In this document: piece after piece, positions 26,095 through 35,700 of the stretch
How positions within the stretch are numbered: the first letter of the stretch is position 1
How the letters are laid out: every line of letters begins with the position of its first letter
DNA from: Bacteroidales bacterium
GTDB lineage: Bacteria > Bacteroidota > Bacteroidia > Bacteroidales > ML635J-15
Assembly: GCA_017994175.1 (NCBI GenBank)
Contig: JAGOLH010000004.1
Span: 7,650 to 71,649, forward strand
Length of the DNA: 64,000 nt
Direction: 5' to 3'
Made by a program: the position numbers and the translations under genes
Notes under the pieces: model-generated
What the model saw: only the letters and a program-made list of their open reading frames with translations
Databases searched by the model: none
Told to the model about the DNA's origin: nothing

Positions 26095-26610
26095 TTACCT
26101 ATAACTTTTAAGTAGTTCTTTCAATTTCTTTTTTGCGTAATGCAATTGCGATTTTGAAGTACCCTCACTGATATGCAAAATATCGGCTATTTCGGTATGA
26201 GAGTACCCTTCAACCTCAAACATTATAAAAACAACCCTGTAACCTTCGGGCAAAGCCCAAATTGCTTTTTGCAGCTCCTCTCCGGTGAATTCAGAATCCC
26301 ATTCCACAGGAGCATCGGGTATTTCGTCTGATGCAATAAAACTTACCGGTTTCAGCCTTTTAAGCGCTGCTCTTATTATTATGGTTTTAATCCAAGCCCC
26401 CAGGCTGGACTCTCCTCTGAATTTAGAAATATCGTTAAAAACCGAGATAAACCCATCCTGCAATGCATCTCTGGCCTCTTCGTAATTACCTGTTATACGC
26501 ATACAAATAGTGAACATGCAGTTCTTGTAGGCATCATAAAGCCGCTTTTGAGCTCTTGGTTCAAGGTTTCGACACCCTTCAAGCAATATGTTTTCTTTTT
26601 CGTTTCTCAT
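26095..26610 (-). CDS. RNA polymerase ECF-type sigma-70 factor
   Basis: 171 aa. Region 2 (DALQDGFISVFNDISKF) and region 4 HTH (YSHTEIADILHISEGTSKSQLHYAKKKL). Confidence 0.85.
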   Translation of the reverse strand: MRNEKENILLEGCRNLEPRAQKRLYDAYKNCMFTICMRITGNYEEARDALQDGFISVFNDISKFRGESSLGAWIKTIIIRAALKRLKPVSFIASDEIPDAPVEWDSEFTGEELQKAIWALPEGYRVVFIMFEVEGYSHTEIADILHISEGTSKSQLHYAKKKLKELLKSYR

Positions 26611-26737
26611 GGCTTCTGAAGTAAAGTGCGTTATATACAGGATTTCGTTGTATGACCATTTAAAATAGTAACGAAATATGGATAGAATTTTTTATAAAAA
26701 TCCACAATTAAGTTACTTATATGGGAAGTATTTTTTA

Positions 26738-26755
26738 CCCGCAACATCTCGCGGG
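26738..26755 (-). terminator. possible hairpin terminator after the lipid-kinase gene
   Basis: CCCGC-N8-GCGGG inverted repeat immediately downstream of the stop at 26761. No clear U-tract on the minus strand, so support is weak. Confidence 0.2.
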
Positions 26756-26760
26756 AAACT

Positions 26761-27696
26761 TTATATCTTTAGAGAAGGTTTTGCAAATACCTTTAAAGCA
26801 TTAGGAAGAATGCTGATTTCATATGGCCCATCTCCTACAATTTCGCCGTCAATCTCAGCAAAAGTCGTGTGTGGACAACTGATTTTAAATGACTTGCTGC
26901 GATAAGTTTCCAAACCTCTCACTTTTTCAATAGTACCATTATATAAGCGGTTCACATTACTAATAACCTTTAGCTTTCTGATATTCCGGTAAATTGCAAT
27001 ATCAAGAAGTCCGTCGTTATTAATTGCTCTCGGCGTTTGCATCATGCCCCCTCCTGAGTACTTCCCGTTTCCAATACTTATCGAAAATATGCTGTCGTGA
27101 ATAATTTGATCGTCAAATTCAATTTTCATTTCAAGCAACTTATTATTTATCAGGCACTTTAGCAGATTAAGCAGGTATGCACTTTTTTTCCGCCTGCCCC
27201 TTGCCTGCATAATGTTTGTTGCTTTCACAACAGCAGCATCAAAACCAAAGCCTGCAATATTTGCAAAATAACTTGTATGCTGTTGTCCGTTTATCCAATG
27301 TTTGATGACACCGATATCCTGCCTTATAAAATTTCCGTCAAGAATCTGATGAATTGCGTCAATGTGATTGGTCGTCCATTTGTAATATCTTCCCCAATCA
27401 TTCCCTGTTCCCATCGAAATCAAACCCATTACCACTTCTTCATATGGCACATCCTGTTGCTGAAAAATTCCATTCACGACCTCATTGATAGTACCATCGC
27501 CGCCCAAGACTACAATATTTCTGTAACCCTGCTTCAGAAAAAGTTTAACCTGCTCACAACCATCATTCTGTGCAGTAGTAAAATAGTGATGATACTCGAT
27601 ATCATGCCGCCTTATTGTTTGCTCAACCTCGCCCCAAACTTTTTCCAAATCACCATTCCCCGCTTTGGGGTTAATAATAAACAATAGCTTTTCCAA
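26761..27696 (-). CDS. diacylglycerol-kinase-family lipid kinase (YegS/BmrU-like)
   Basis: 311 aa. Motifs NPKAGNG and VVLGGDGTINEVVNG. Confidence 0.8.
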   Translation of the reverse strand: MEKLLFIINPKAGNGDLEKVWGEVEQTIRRHDIEYHHYFTTAQNDGCEQVKLFLKQGYRNIVVLGGDGTINEVVNGIFQQQDVPYEEVVMGLISMGTGNDWGRYYKWTTNHIDAIHQILDGNFIRQDIGVIKHWINGQQHTSYFANIAGFGFDAAVVKATNIMQARGRRKKSAYLLNLLKCLINNKLLEMKIEFDDQIIHDSIFSISIGNGKYSGGGMMQTPRAINNDGLLDIAIYRNIRKLKVISNVNRLYNGTIEKVRGLETYRSKSFKISCPHTTFAEIDGEIVGDGPYEISILPNALKVFAKPSLKI

Positions 27697-27750
27697 TTCA
27701 GTTTTTAGGTTTTATTTATTACAATTATACTGTTTTTTGTTTGCATTTAA

Positions 27751-27758
27751 TAATTTTG
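27751..27758 (+). promoter_or_regulatory. candidate -7 box (TAATTTTG)
   Basis: Matches TAnnTTTG 19 nt upstream of the ATG at 27777. This argues against the TTG start at 27741. Confidence 0.3.
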
Positions 27759-27776
27759 AATTTTAATATTTACAAA

Positions 27777-28613
27777 ATGAAAATCAAAACAATCACAGCA
27801 TTCACCGATATCAAAACGGATAATATTCGTTATAAAAGCTCGTATAAAGTGTTTGATGAAAATGGTTTTTTAGTTGAAGAATATCGTTTCGATAAGAACG
27901 GTGAGATCATTTCAAAATCGGAAAATATTTTTGATAACGAACACCGGTTGCTAAGCAGCACATTTTTCGATACTGAACAAGAATCGTCGGAGAACAGAAC
28001 TTATGATTATTCTTCCGAAGGACAGCTCATTAGGGAAACCGTTGATTTCGGACAGGGTTACTTGTCAGTGTTTTTGTATGAATATTCAAATTCAGGCAAG
28101 AGAATTACCATTTCGGAACAGGATGAGGAAGGAGAGGTTGAAGAAACAAAGATTCAGGAGCTTGATGATTACGGAAATGTCATAAAAGAAGTCGTTATCA
28201 ATGAAGATGGCAAAGAAATCACGCATATTTTCAGTTCTTTCGATAATAAAAAAAGACCCGTTAGGAAAGAAGAACGTGACTTGAACTATAAAACTACTCA
28301 AATTCAGGAATATATATATAATGACAACGATTTTCTGGAAATGATAAAAACCACAAACGCCAAAAACCAGATATTGAATTGGGTAAAGTTGGAATATGAT
28401 GAATTAAACCGTCCTGTAAAGCAAACATCGATGAGTGGCTCAGTTATTCTTGTAGAGTACATCGATGATAAAACTCGGATAGAAAAGCATATTAATTCTC
28501 ATGGCTATACATATTCCGAAAGCAAAATTACTGTAAACGAATGGGGGAATCTCCTTAAAGAAGATTCCCCCGAAATCGTAACAGAATTTGAATACGAATA
28601 TTTCGAATCCTAA
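27777..28613 (+). CDS. hypothetical leaderless protein built of YD-like repeats
   Basis: 278 aa from the ATG at 27777, with no signal peptide. Recurrent Y.(F/Y)D..G..I motifs: YRFDKNGEII, YDYSSEGQLI, LDDYGNVIKE, LEYDELNRPV. Confidence 0.5.
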   Translation: MKIKTITAFTDIKTDNIRYKSSYKVFDENGFLVEEYRFDKNGEIISKSENIFDNEHRLLSSTFFDTEQESSENRTYDYSSEGQLIRETVDFGQGYLSVFLYEYSNSGKRITISEQDEEGEVEETKIQELDDYGNVIKEVVINEDGKEITHIFSSFDNKKRPVRKEERDLNYKTTQIQEYIYNDNDFLEMIKTTNAKNQILNWVKLEYDELNRPVKQTSMSGSVILVEYIDDKTRIEKHINSHGYTYSESKITVNEWGNLLKEDSPEIVTEFEYEYFES

Positions 28614-30769
28614 CGTGTAATCATAACTTTTTCGGTAACAGAATTGCTGCCGGAATAGATTTCAAGGATATAAAGACCATCGGGTAAGCTATTACCAACC
28701 AAATCCTGAACTGAAGTGTGGAATATACAATCACTTGAAGCGATTCGCTTATTGGCAATCAGTTTACCGGTTATGTCGCTGATAACAAAAGTAGCTTCGT
28801 GTGATCCCTGTGAATAAAAATTTATAGTCGCGTTTCCTTCAGAAGGATTAGGGAAAACCTGCACAACGGGTTTAAGGCTCAGGTTTTCTACTGCAGTGGT
28901 CGATGAAGTATACTCCAAAGCCCAGCCCTCGTCGTTGCCGGTAGTGTTGGCAAAGAATTGAACTACTGCCACACCTGCCTCTACCATAATGTCGGTGGTT
29001 GGTAATGCAGTGCTGGAAAATTGAGCAACAAGGTTTTCGGAGCCGGTCGAGTTTTTGAATACTTTCACATAGTCGGGAGATCCGGCGAGGTGAAAGTCGG
29101 TGAAGTGAATGTTTATCCAGGCAGCATCTTCAGGTTGAATAAACCATGTGCAAACCGTCGATGATGAGCTTCCATAATCGCAAACGCCACTACCATCGTC
29201 GAATGAGCCGCTGGGTTCGTAATACACAATATTTGTTTTACAGTTTTTCACCACATAACTGGCATCCCATCCGGAGGCTACGCCAGACCCATCGGTAATA
29301 AACTGAATGTACATGGCTCCACGGTCAGCATAAATATTGTCAGTTCCCGGAGTGTTTTCGCTTGTGTATGTTTCAATAACCTCTGCATCAGCATTACTAC
29401 CGTTGAATACTCTAACAATGTCGCCTTCTGCCAGATCAAACGAATCGAAATTCAGTTGAACAACTGCACCACAGGTAGGCTGAATTAAATAAGAGCATTG
29501 TTGATTGTTCTGGTAATCAAGGTTTGAGCTACCATCGCCAAAGGCTCCACTTGGGGTATTGAGGTTAATATTCTGACCACAATACAATGGATAACCCGAT
29601 TCGGGATAAATATTTATCACCGCTTCCTGTCCGGTACTAAAGTCGTTTTCCGGCCCCCCAGGTGTTGCTGTTGACACAAGGTTATCAAGAGCATAGAATC
29701 CGTCACCGGCACCACCCCAACCCCAGTTCATATGGAAATAGTCGGTATTCTGATATCCGTCGCAAGTCCATGCATGCCCTACCGTAGTTGACGTTCCTCC
29801 ATATACCATAGGCTTATTCTGATTCAATTGGTTTCTAAGAACTGTTTTCCAATTTGAATCAGTATAGTCACTTTTTTCAATGAATTGAGCATCGGATGAA
29901 TATTTGAAATAATTTTCCAACGCAGTTACAATTTTGTCGGTTTGCGACCCTGAACCATCGCATCCCCACCACATCGAAACAGCAACCCCTGCATGATAAC
30001 AGATTTTGGCAACCTCACTGTTTTCGGTTCCTCCCAGCGAATTAGGCATGGCATACCAGTTATAGGTCTGTTGTGCAAAATTAATAGTAATGTTACCATA
30101 TCCGCCATTTGTCCAGGAAAGGTGTGTTTTTGACCCTTCACCAGATGGTGGCCAGTTGTAGTATTTCATTACCTGAAGCATTCCTATGGCAACACAACCC
30201 ACATAAACGTGGTCATGATTGTCGGAGGAATAATCAGGGCAATCATCGTCGACAGGGCATGATGCATTGTAAGGCCAGTTCTGATTCCATTTGGCATTAA
30301 CAAGTGGGCCCACAGTAACATCCTTTTCGAAACTGGTGCCAGGTGTATACCTCAGCAACCGATCCCATTCAGCGGAAACTCCCTCCTTCACAACGATATC
30401 ACCCGAAAGTGCCAACATTGTTTCGTCGGCAAAATACTGAATGAACGCTGTTTGCCCTGGCGACATGTTCCCGGGATTAAATGCTCCTTCAAACGAGTAT
30501 GCCAGAACCGGTTTCATTGTATTTAAAGCCGATACAATGATAAATCCTTCATTTTCATTCACGTTGAAAATATACATTGGGTAAACACCTTCTTCAGGAT
30601 TATTCACCAGTTGAAGGTTAATTTCATCCCAACCCTGAGCTCTGAACGACTGAACATTTTGGTAATAATACGTTTTTGCAGCATACTGGGCATCATTAAG
30701 TTTAATACCGTCTGCAAAACTGTTTGCATAAAGTACAATTGTTACAAGAATTAAAATTATTTTTTTCAT
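28610..30769 (-). CDS. C10 family (streptopain/SpeB-like) cysteine peptidase with two CUB-like modules and a type-A T9SS CTD
   Basis: Signal peptide from the ATG at 30769 (MKKIILILVTIVLYANSFA). Catalytic Cys region GCVAIGMLQVMKYYNWP and His region GHAWTCDGY...YFHMNWGWGGAGDGFY. CUB-like modules at ~29255-29590 and ~28900-29250. C-terminus VQVFPNPSEGNATINF...GLYILEIYSG. Confidence 0.85.
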   Translation of the reverse strand: MKKIILILVTIVLYANSFADGIKLNDAQYAAKTYYYQNVQSFRAQGWDEINLQLVNNPEEGVYPMYIFNVNENEGFIIVSALNTMKPVLAYSFEGAFNPGNMSPGQTAFIQYFADETMLALSGDIVVKEGVSAEWDRLLRYTPGTSFEKDVTVGPLVNAKWNQNWPYNASCPVDDDCPDYSSDNHDHVYVGCVAIGMLQVMKYYNWPPSGEGSKTHLSWTNGGYGNITINFAQQTYNWYAMPNSLGGTENSEVAKICYHAGVAVSMWWGCDGSGSQTDKIVTALENYFKYSSDAQFIEKSDYTDSNWKTVLRNQLNQNKPMVYGGTSTTVGHAWTCDGYQNTDYFHMNWGWGGAGDGFYALDNLVSTATPGGPENDFSTGQEAVINIYPESGYPLYCGQNINLNTPSGAFGDGSSNLDYQNNQQCSYLIQPTCGAVVQLNFDSFDLAEGDIVRVFNGSNADAEVIETYTSENTPGTDNIYADRGAMYIQFITDGSGVASGWDASYVVKNCKTNIVYYEPSGSFDDGSGVCDYGSSSSTVCTWFIQPEDAAWINIHFTDFHLAGSPDYVKVFKNSTGSENLVAQFSSTALPTTDIMVEAGVAVVQFFANTTGNDEGWALEYTSSTTAVENLSLKPVVQVFPNPSEGNATINFYSQGSHEATFVISDITGKLIANKRIASSDCIFHTSVQDLVGNSLPDGLYILEIYSGSNSVTEKVMITR

Positions 30770-30851
30770 ATGTATAGTGTTTGTGAGCAAAGATAAACAA
30801 AATTATTATTTCGATGGAATACACAATATGAATTATACAAAATTACATAAT

Positions 30852-32408
30852 TTATTGATGGTCAATATTATAATGCAGTCCAATACTTTTTCTCCGAGCC
30901 ATGGCCATTTTAATTATCAGATATGAAACATTTATCATATTCCTGAGTTCACAAATTTCAGGGGTGATTTTTGAGGATTTATACAATGATTCGGTTTCTT
31001 GAAACAAAATTTCCAATCGTTCAAAAGCGCGTTTCAACCTCAAATCACTGCGAACAATACCTACATAATTACTCATTATCTGTCTCATTTCTTTCAGGCT
31101 TTGAGTAATCAGTACCATTTCTTCATTGTGAATTGTACCTTCATCGTTCCAATCAGGGATAGCCGTCTTAATACAAGCTTTTTCAATATCGGACATAGCT
31201 TGTTCAGCAGCCCTGTGAGCAAAAACAACAGCTTCGAGCAGCGAATTGGAAGCAAGCCTGTTTGCTCCGTGCAAACCGGTACAGGCAGTTTCGCCGGCTG
31301 CATACAGGAAATTGATTGACGACTTACCGTAAATATCTGTAACAATTCCTCCGCATAAATAGTGAGCTGCGGGTGTAACGGGAATATATTCCCGAGTAAT
31401 ATCAATTCCGTACGATTTGCATTTCTGGTAAATGTTGGGGAATTTATTCTGCAAATCGTTTGCATCAATTTGTGTAGCATCTAAATACACAAAATCGTGA
31501 CCAGAAATTTTCATTTCACTATCAATTGCGCGGGCAACAATATCTCGCGGAGCTAGTGATTCCCTAGAATCGTATTTCTTCATAAAAGGAATTCCCTTTT
31601 GATTTTTCAGAATTGCTCCATGCCCCCTGAGGGCTTCGGTAATGAGAAAGGATGGCCTGTCGACCGGATGGTACAGGGCTGTTGGATGAAATTGAAAAAA
31701 CTCCATATCGTCGATAATACCCTTGGCTCTGTAAACCATTGCAATTCCGTCTCCTGACGACACCGACGGATTGGTTGTATTCTGATACACATTTCCTGCT
31801 CCCCCTGTAGCAAGCATGGTTGTTTTCGAAAGTATTGTGACAATTTTACCTGTATGTTTGTCCTGAACGTATGCACCATAGCACTCAATATCATTGTAAA
31901 TGCGTTTCACCAGAAATCCGAGATGGTGCTGAGTAATCAAATCAATTGCAAAATGGTTATCGAGAACTTCAATATTAGAATTTAGTTTAACCTGGTGAAT
32001 AAGAGCCTGCTGAATTTCTCGCCCTGTGCTATCTTTACTATGTAATACACGATATTCTGTATGACCACCTTCACGCGCAAGGTCGAAACGACCATCTCTG
32101 TTTTTATCAAAGTGAGCTCCCCACTGTATCAGCTCCTCAATCCGCGAAGGGCCTTCGTTAACCACCATTTTCACAACATCTTCCCTGTTCAGGTAACACC
32201 CGGCTATCAGGGTATCATTAATGTGTTTTTCATAAGAGTCGGGTTGATAGGTAACAGAAGCTATTCCTCCTTGCGCATACAAGGTTGATCCATCTTCAAG
32301 TGCATTTTTGGTAACAAGGCAAACGCTGCCTTTTCTACTCACTTTCAATGCATAACTCAAACCGGCAATACCCGATCCTATAACCAAAAAATCAACAATC
32401 TTTTGCAT
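30852..32408 (-). CDS. nadB: L-aspartate oxidase
   Basis: FAD motif DFLVIGSGIAGLSYA, plus AAHYLCGGI and GANRLASNSLLE. The ATG at 32408 is preferred over the TTG at 32438. Confidence 0.9.
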   Translation of the reverse strand: MQKIVDFLVIGSGIAGLSYALKVSRKGSVCLVTKNALEDGSTLYAQGGIASVTYQPDSYEKHINDTLIAGCYLNREDVVKMVVNEGPSRIEELIQWGAHFDKNRDGRFDLAREGGHTEYRVLHSKDSTGREIQQALIHQVKLNSNIEVLDNHFAIDLITQHHLGFLVKRIYNDIECYGAYVQDKHTGKIVTILSKTTMLATGGAGNVYQNTTNPSVSSGDGIAMVYRAKGIIDDMEFFQFHPTALYHPVDRPSFLITEALRGHGAILKNQKGIPFMKKYDSRESLAPRDIVARAIDSEMKISGHDFVYLDATQIDANDLQNKFPNIYQKCKSYGIDITREYIPVTPAAHYLCGGIVTDIYGKSSINFLYAAGETACTGLHGANRLASNSLLEAVVFAHRAAEQAMSDIEKACIKTAIPDWNDEGTIHNEEMVLITQSLKEMRQIMSNYVGIVRSDLRLKRAFERLEILFQETESLYKSSKITPEICELRNMINVSYLIIKMAMARRKSIGLHYNIDHQ

Positions 32409-32522
32409 ATTAAAATTTTTCTCAAATTTATAAAACAAGTGGAAAGAAAATTTATTCTGAATCTTTTAATATTTTATGAAACCTTTTTACCGATAAATAA
32501 GTATAAATTTTAAAACACCGAA

Positions 32523-32747
32523 ATGATTAAAGATAAATTAATAACGATTGCCAAGTTCCGATACGAATACAGGGCATATTTGCTGAAAGATAGGCTTTTA
32601 GAAGCCGGTATAGAGTGTGCATTGACCAGTGAATCGGTTTTTAAACTTATAGACGGTGTGATGGTACTTGTAAAAGAATCTGATTTTGCAAGGGCCATGG
32701 AGGTTTATAACGCGCTAAAAGAAAGCTCCGATGATTTTGAGGATTAA
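32523..32747 (+). CDS. small DUF2007-like (putative signal-transducing) protein
   Basis: 74 aa. Pattern IAKFRYEYRAYLLKDRLLEAGIECAL...VLVKESDFARAMEV. Assignment is from memory of the family pattern only. Confidence 0.4.
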   Translation: MIKDKLITIAKFRYEYRAYLLKDRLLEAGIECALTSESVFKLIDGVMVLVKESDFARAMEVYNALKESSDDFED

Positions 32748-35700
32748 ATTCTCTTTTTAAGCTCTTCAATAACTGCTTTTTTACCGGATTCTCTCAATTT
32801 GCGGGCAGTTGCCGTAAAATATTCGTGTTTTATAATGAATTTATATTGAAACCGATTCCAATCTTCAATTGTTTTCACCTTACCACGTTCATACAGCTCT
32901 CTGAATAAGTTTTGTGATACAACAATGAAATCAGTCCTGCCGAGATAATCAAGGTCAGCATCGCAAATTATTTCTTCAAGGTGGTTTTTCGGTTTGGGGG
33001 GCATTTTGGTTGACAGAATCAATGCTTTAATTTTTTGAATCTGCTCAGGTGTGTACCGGTATTTAGGTAAAATATCCTCAGCAAGATTAGCACCCAGGGG
33101 TTCATTGTTATCATAAGAAATCATAAAACCGGCATCATGAAACAATGCGGCTGTTTTTAGCAACAGGAGTTCTTCGTCGGTAACTTTTTCTTCGCGCCCG
33201 ATGTTTTCGACACGGGTGCAAACATTGGTCGTATGTCGAGAGTTATGATAGTACAGATTTTTTGGCAAGTCCGTCTCGAGTTTCTTCATTACGTAGTTCT
33301 CCAAATCGACATACCGAAGAGCCTGAAGTTTGGTATAGAAAAGCTTATTAGGGGTTTTCCCTGTTGAGAACTCCGACAAGTGTTGCTTATACTTCACTAC
33401 AGTAAACATATCCAGATCACCTTTATATTTCACCGCGGTTTTTCCACGGGACTCGCATTCAAAAAAGTCTTTAATATAGTCGAAGGTTGATGAAGAAATA
33501 TTTACTGTACCGCTTATAGCATTACTTTCCATTCTGCTTGCGACATTCACTGTATCGCCCCATATATCGTATTCAATTTTCTGAGCACCTACAACACCTG
33601 CTATTACTGAACCCGTATGAATACCGATACGTATTCTGAAATTACATTTATCCGTTTCGTTGATTTCCTGAATCGCCTCCTGCATTTTTAATGCTGCCAT
33701 TACCACTTCAATCGGGGTGGTTCTGTCGTTGTTTCTCATACCACCTGCACACATATATGCATCACCAATGGTTTTGATTTTATCGATTTCAAATTTTTCG
33801 ATTATATTATCAAAAGAAGAGAATATTTTATTCAATTGAGTAAACAATACTTCGGAATCGGTGGTGGCAGCAATTTTTGTAAACCCCTCAATATCAGCAA
33901 ACAATACTGTGACCCTTTCATATGCTTGTGTCTGAGCTTTCCCTTCTTTTTGAATTTCTTCAGCAGTTCTGTCAGGCAAGAGCTTCTGTACAAGTTTTTG
34001 AGTTTGTTCTTTTTGTCGGATCAACTCATCAGTTCTTTCTGCAACGGTTTGCTCCAGTTTGTTTTTGTCGGTAGCATGTTTCAGCTCATTTAGCTTAAGA
34101 ATCAGATAGATAAAGGATATCAGAAATAAAAAATAAATAACAAAAGCCCACCACCTCATATACAAAGGAATAGGCACAGAGAAAGTAAAACCATGCGACT
34201 CGGTAGTATTACCGAAAATATCTCTGGCCTGGACTTTAAACGTATAGGTTCCCGGAGGAATATATGTGTATTCTTTAAAACTTTCACCGCTCCATTTCGA
34301 CCATTCATCCTGCAACCCCACTAACTGAGTTCGGTAGCTTATTTCCTTGTAGCTGTTGTAGTATAACGCTGTAAATTCGAACCGAATATGATTTTGAGAT
34401 GATTTAAGAACAGGTGTCAATATCTGTTTACCACTTCTATCAAAAAGCTTATTGTTGATTGAATCAGGCAAATCGGTATTATAAATTAAACATAAGGCCT
34501 GTGGTGTTGATGTTTCCATTTTATTGGCTTCATAACGGATAAGCCCATCGAATCCACCAAACCAAACTACATTATTTGAATCGCAGTAAATACTTTCGAT
34601 GTTCCTGTCTTTCAGATTGTTTAACTCATTACTGTGATCGGTAGGATTAAAGTCTTTGTCGTAAGTAATATATCCCGTTTTACGTTCGGAGTTTTTAGTA
34701 TTTGTACTGGAATACCACAATTTACCATCCGCTTGCTCAACAATGGGATAAAATGAAAATACATTGCTGGAATCAGGGGTTTCAAACAACGGGTGCCTAA
34801 TAAATTTCCCGGCATTGTTGTAGTAAACACCACATTGGGTACTGAACAAAATACCTGCTTTAGTACGATACACATCAACCCATGTGAAATTTTCGGGCAG
34901 TCCGTTATTTTCGTCAAACCGCTGAATTTGTGGATTTAACAAGTCTCCTTTTCTGAAATCCAACTTCAGTAAGCCATGATTATCGGACCCCAGCCAGAAA
35001 ACATCTTTTTCGTCGTGCACCATAGTACGTACCTCATAATCGAAGTTTTTAACTTTCCCAACAATATGTAGTGAATCTAATTCTTTACGAAGTACCAGAA
35101 TACCTTGCTCTCCAATACAAAACACAATATCGTCATAGACTTCGCTGACTTTAAGTTTGCGAAACTCTCCCGGTATCGACAACCTTGCTCTTCCCTCTCG
35201 AATAAGTTTATATACTCCTTTTGAAGTAATAATGTATAATTGATTGTCTATAATAATCAGGTCCTGTATCTCGGCAACAACACCTTCAACTTTGGCAAAA
35301 TAGTCTTCGTTGTTTATCAGTTTTTTTGATTTAGCCAAGTTGGTGGTAGTATAGTAGTACAAACCCTGAGTGGAGCCAAAATACATCGTACCATTGTAAC
35401 GAATCATGGTTTTAATTGCGCCGTTAATCCCATAGCTGTTCCCGAAATAGTCAACCGGGGATGGATAATTTACTGAAGTAATTCCGTTATAACTGGTAAC
35501 CCAAAGTTTATTATTCTTGCTTACAAATAAATCAGTAATCCGGTTATCGAGCATCCCGTGGTTTTTATTCATCGAAAAAAGGTACTGTCCGGTTGAACTT
35601 ACGCAAATGATTCCACCGTATTCTGTTCCAACAACAATAGACCCATCTGATAAAGTTATGCCTTTTATATATTGATTTTCCTCCATGAAAGCATCAGCGT

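Noticed and set aside
26678-26905. A 75-aa plus-strand ORF spanning the sigma/lipid-kinase intergenic region.
   Set aside because: Most of it overlaps the well-supported lipid-kinase gene on the opposite strand, and it has no motifs.
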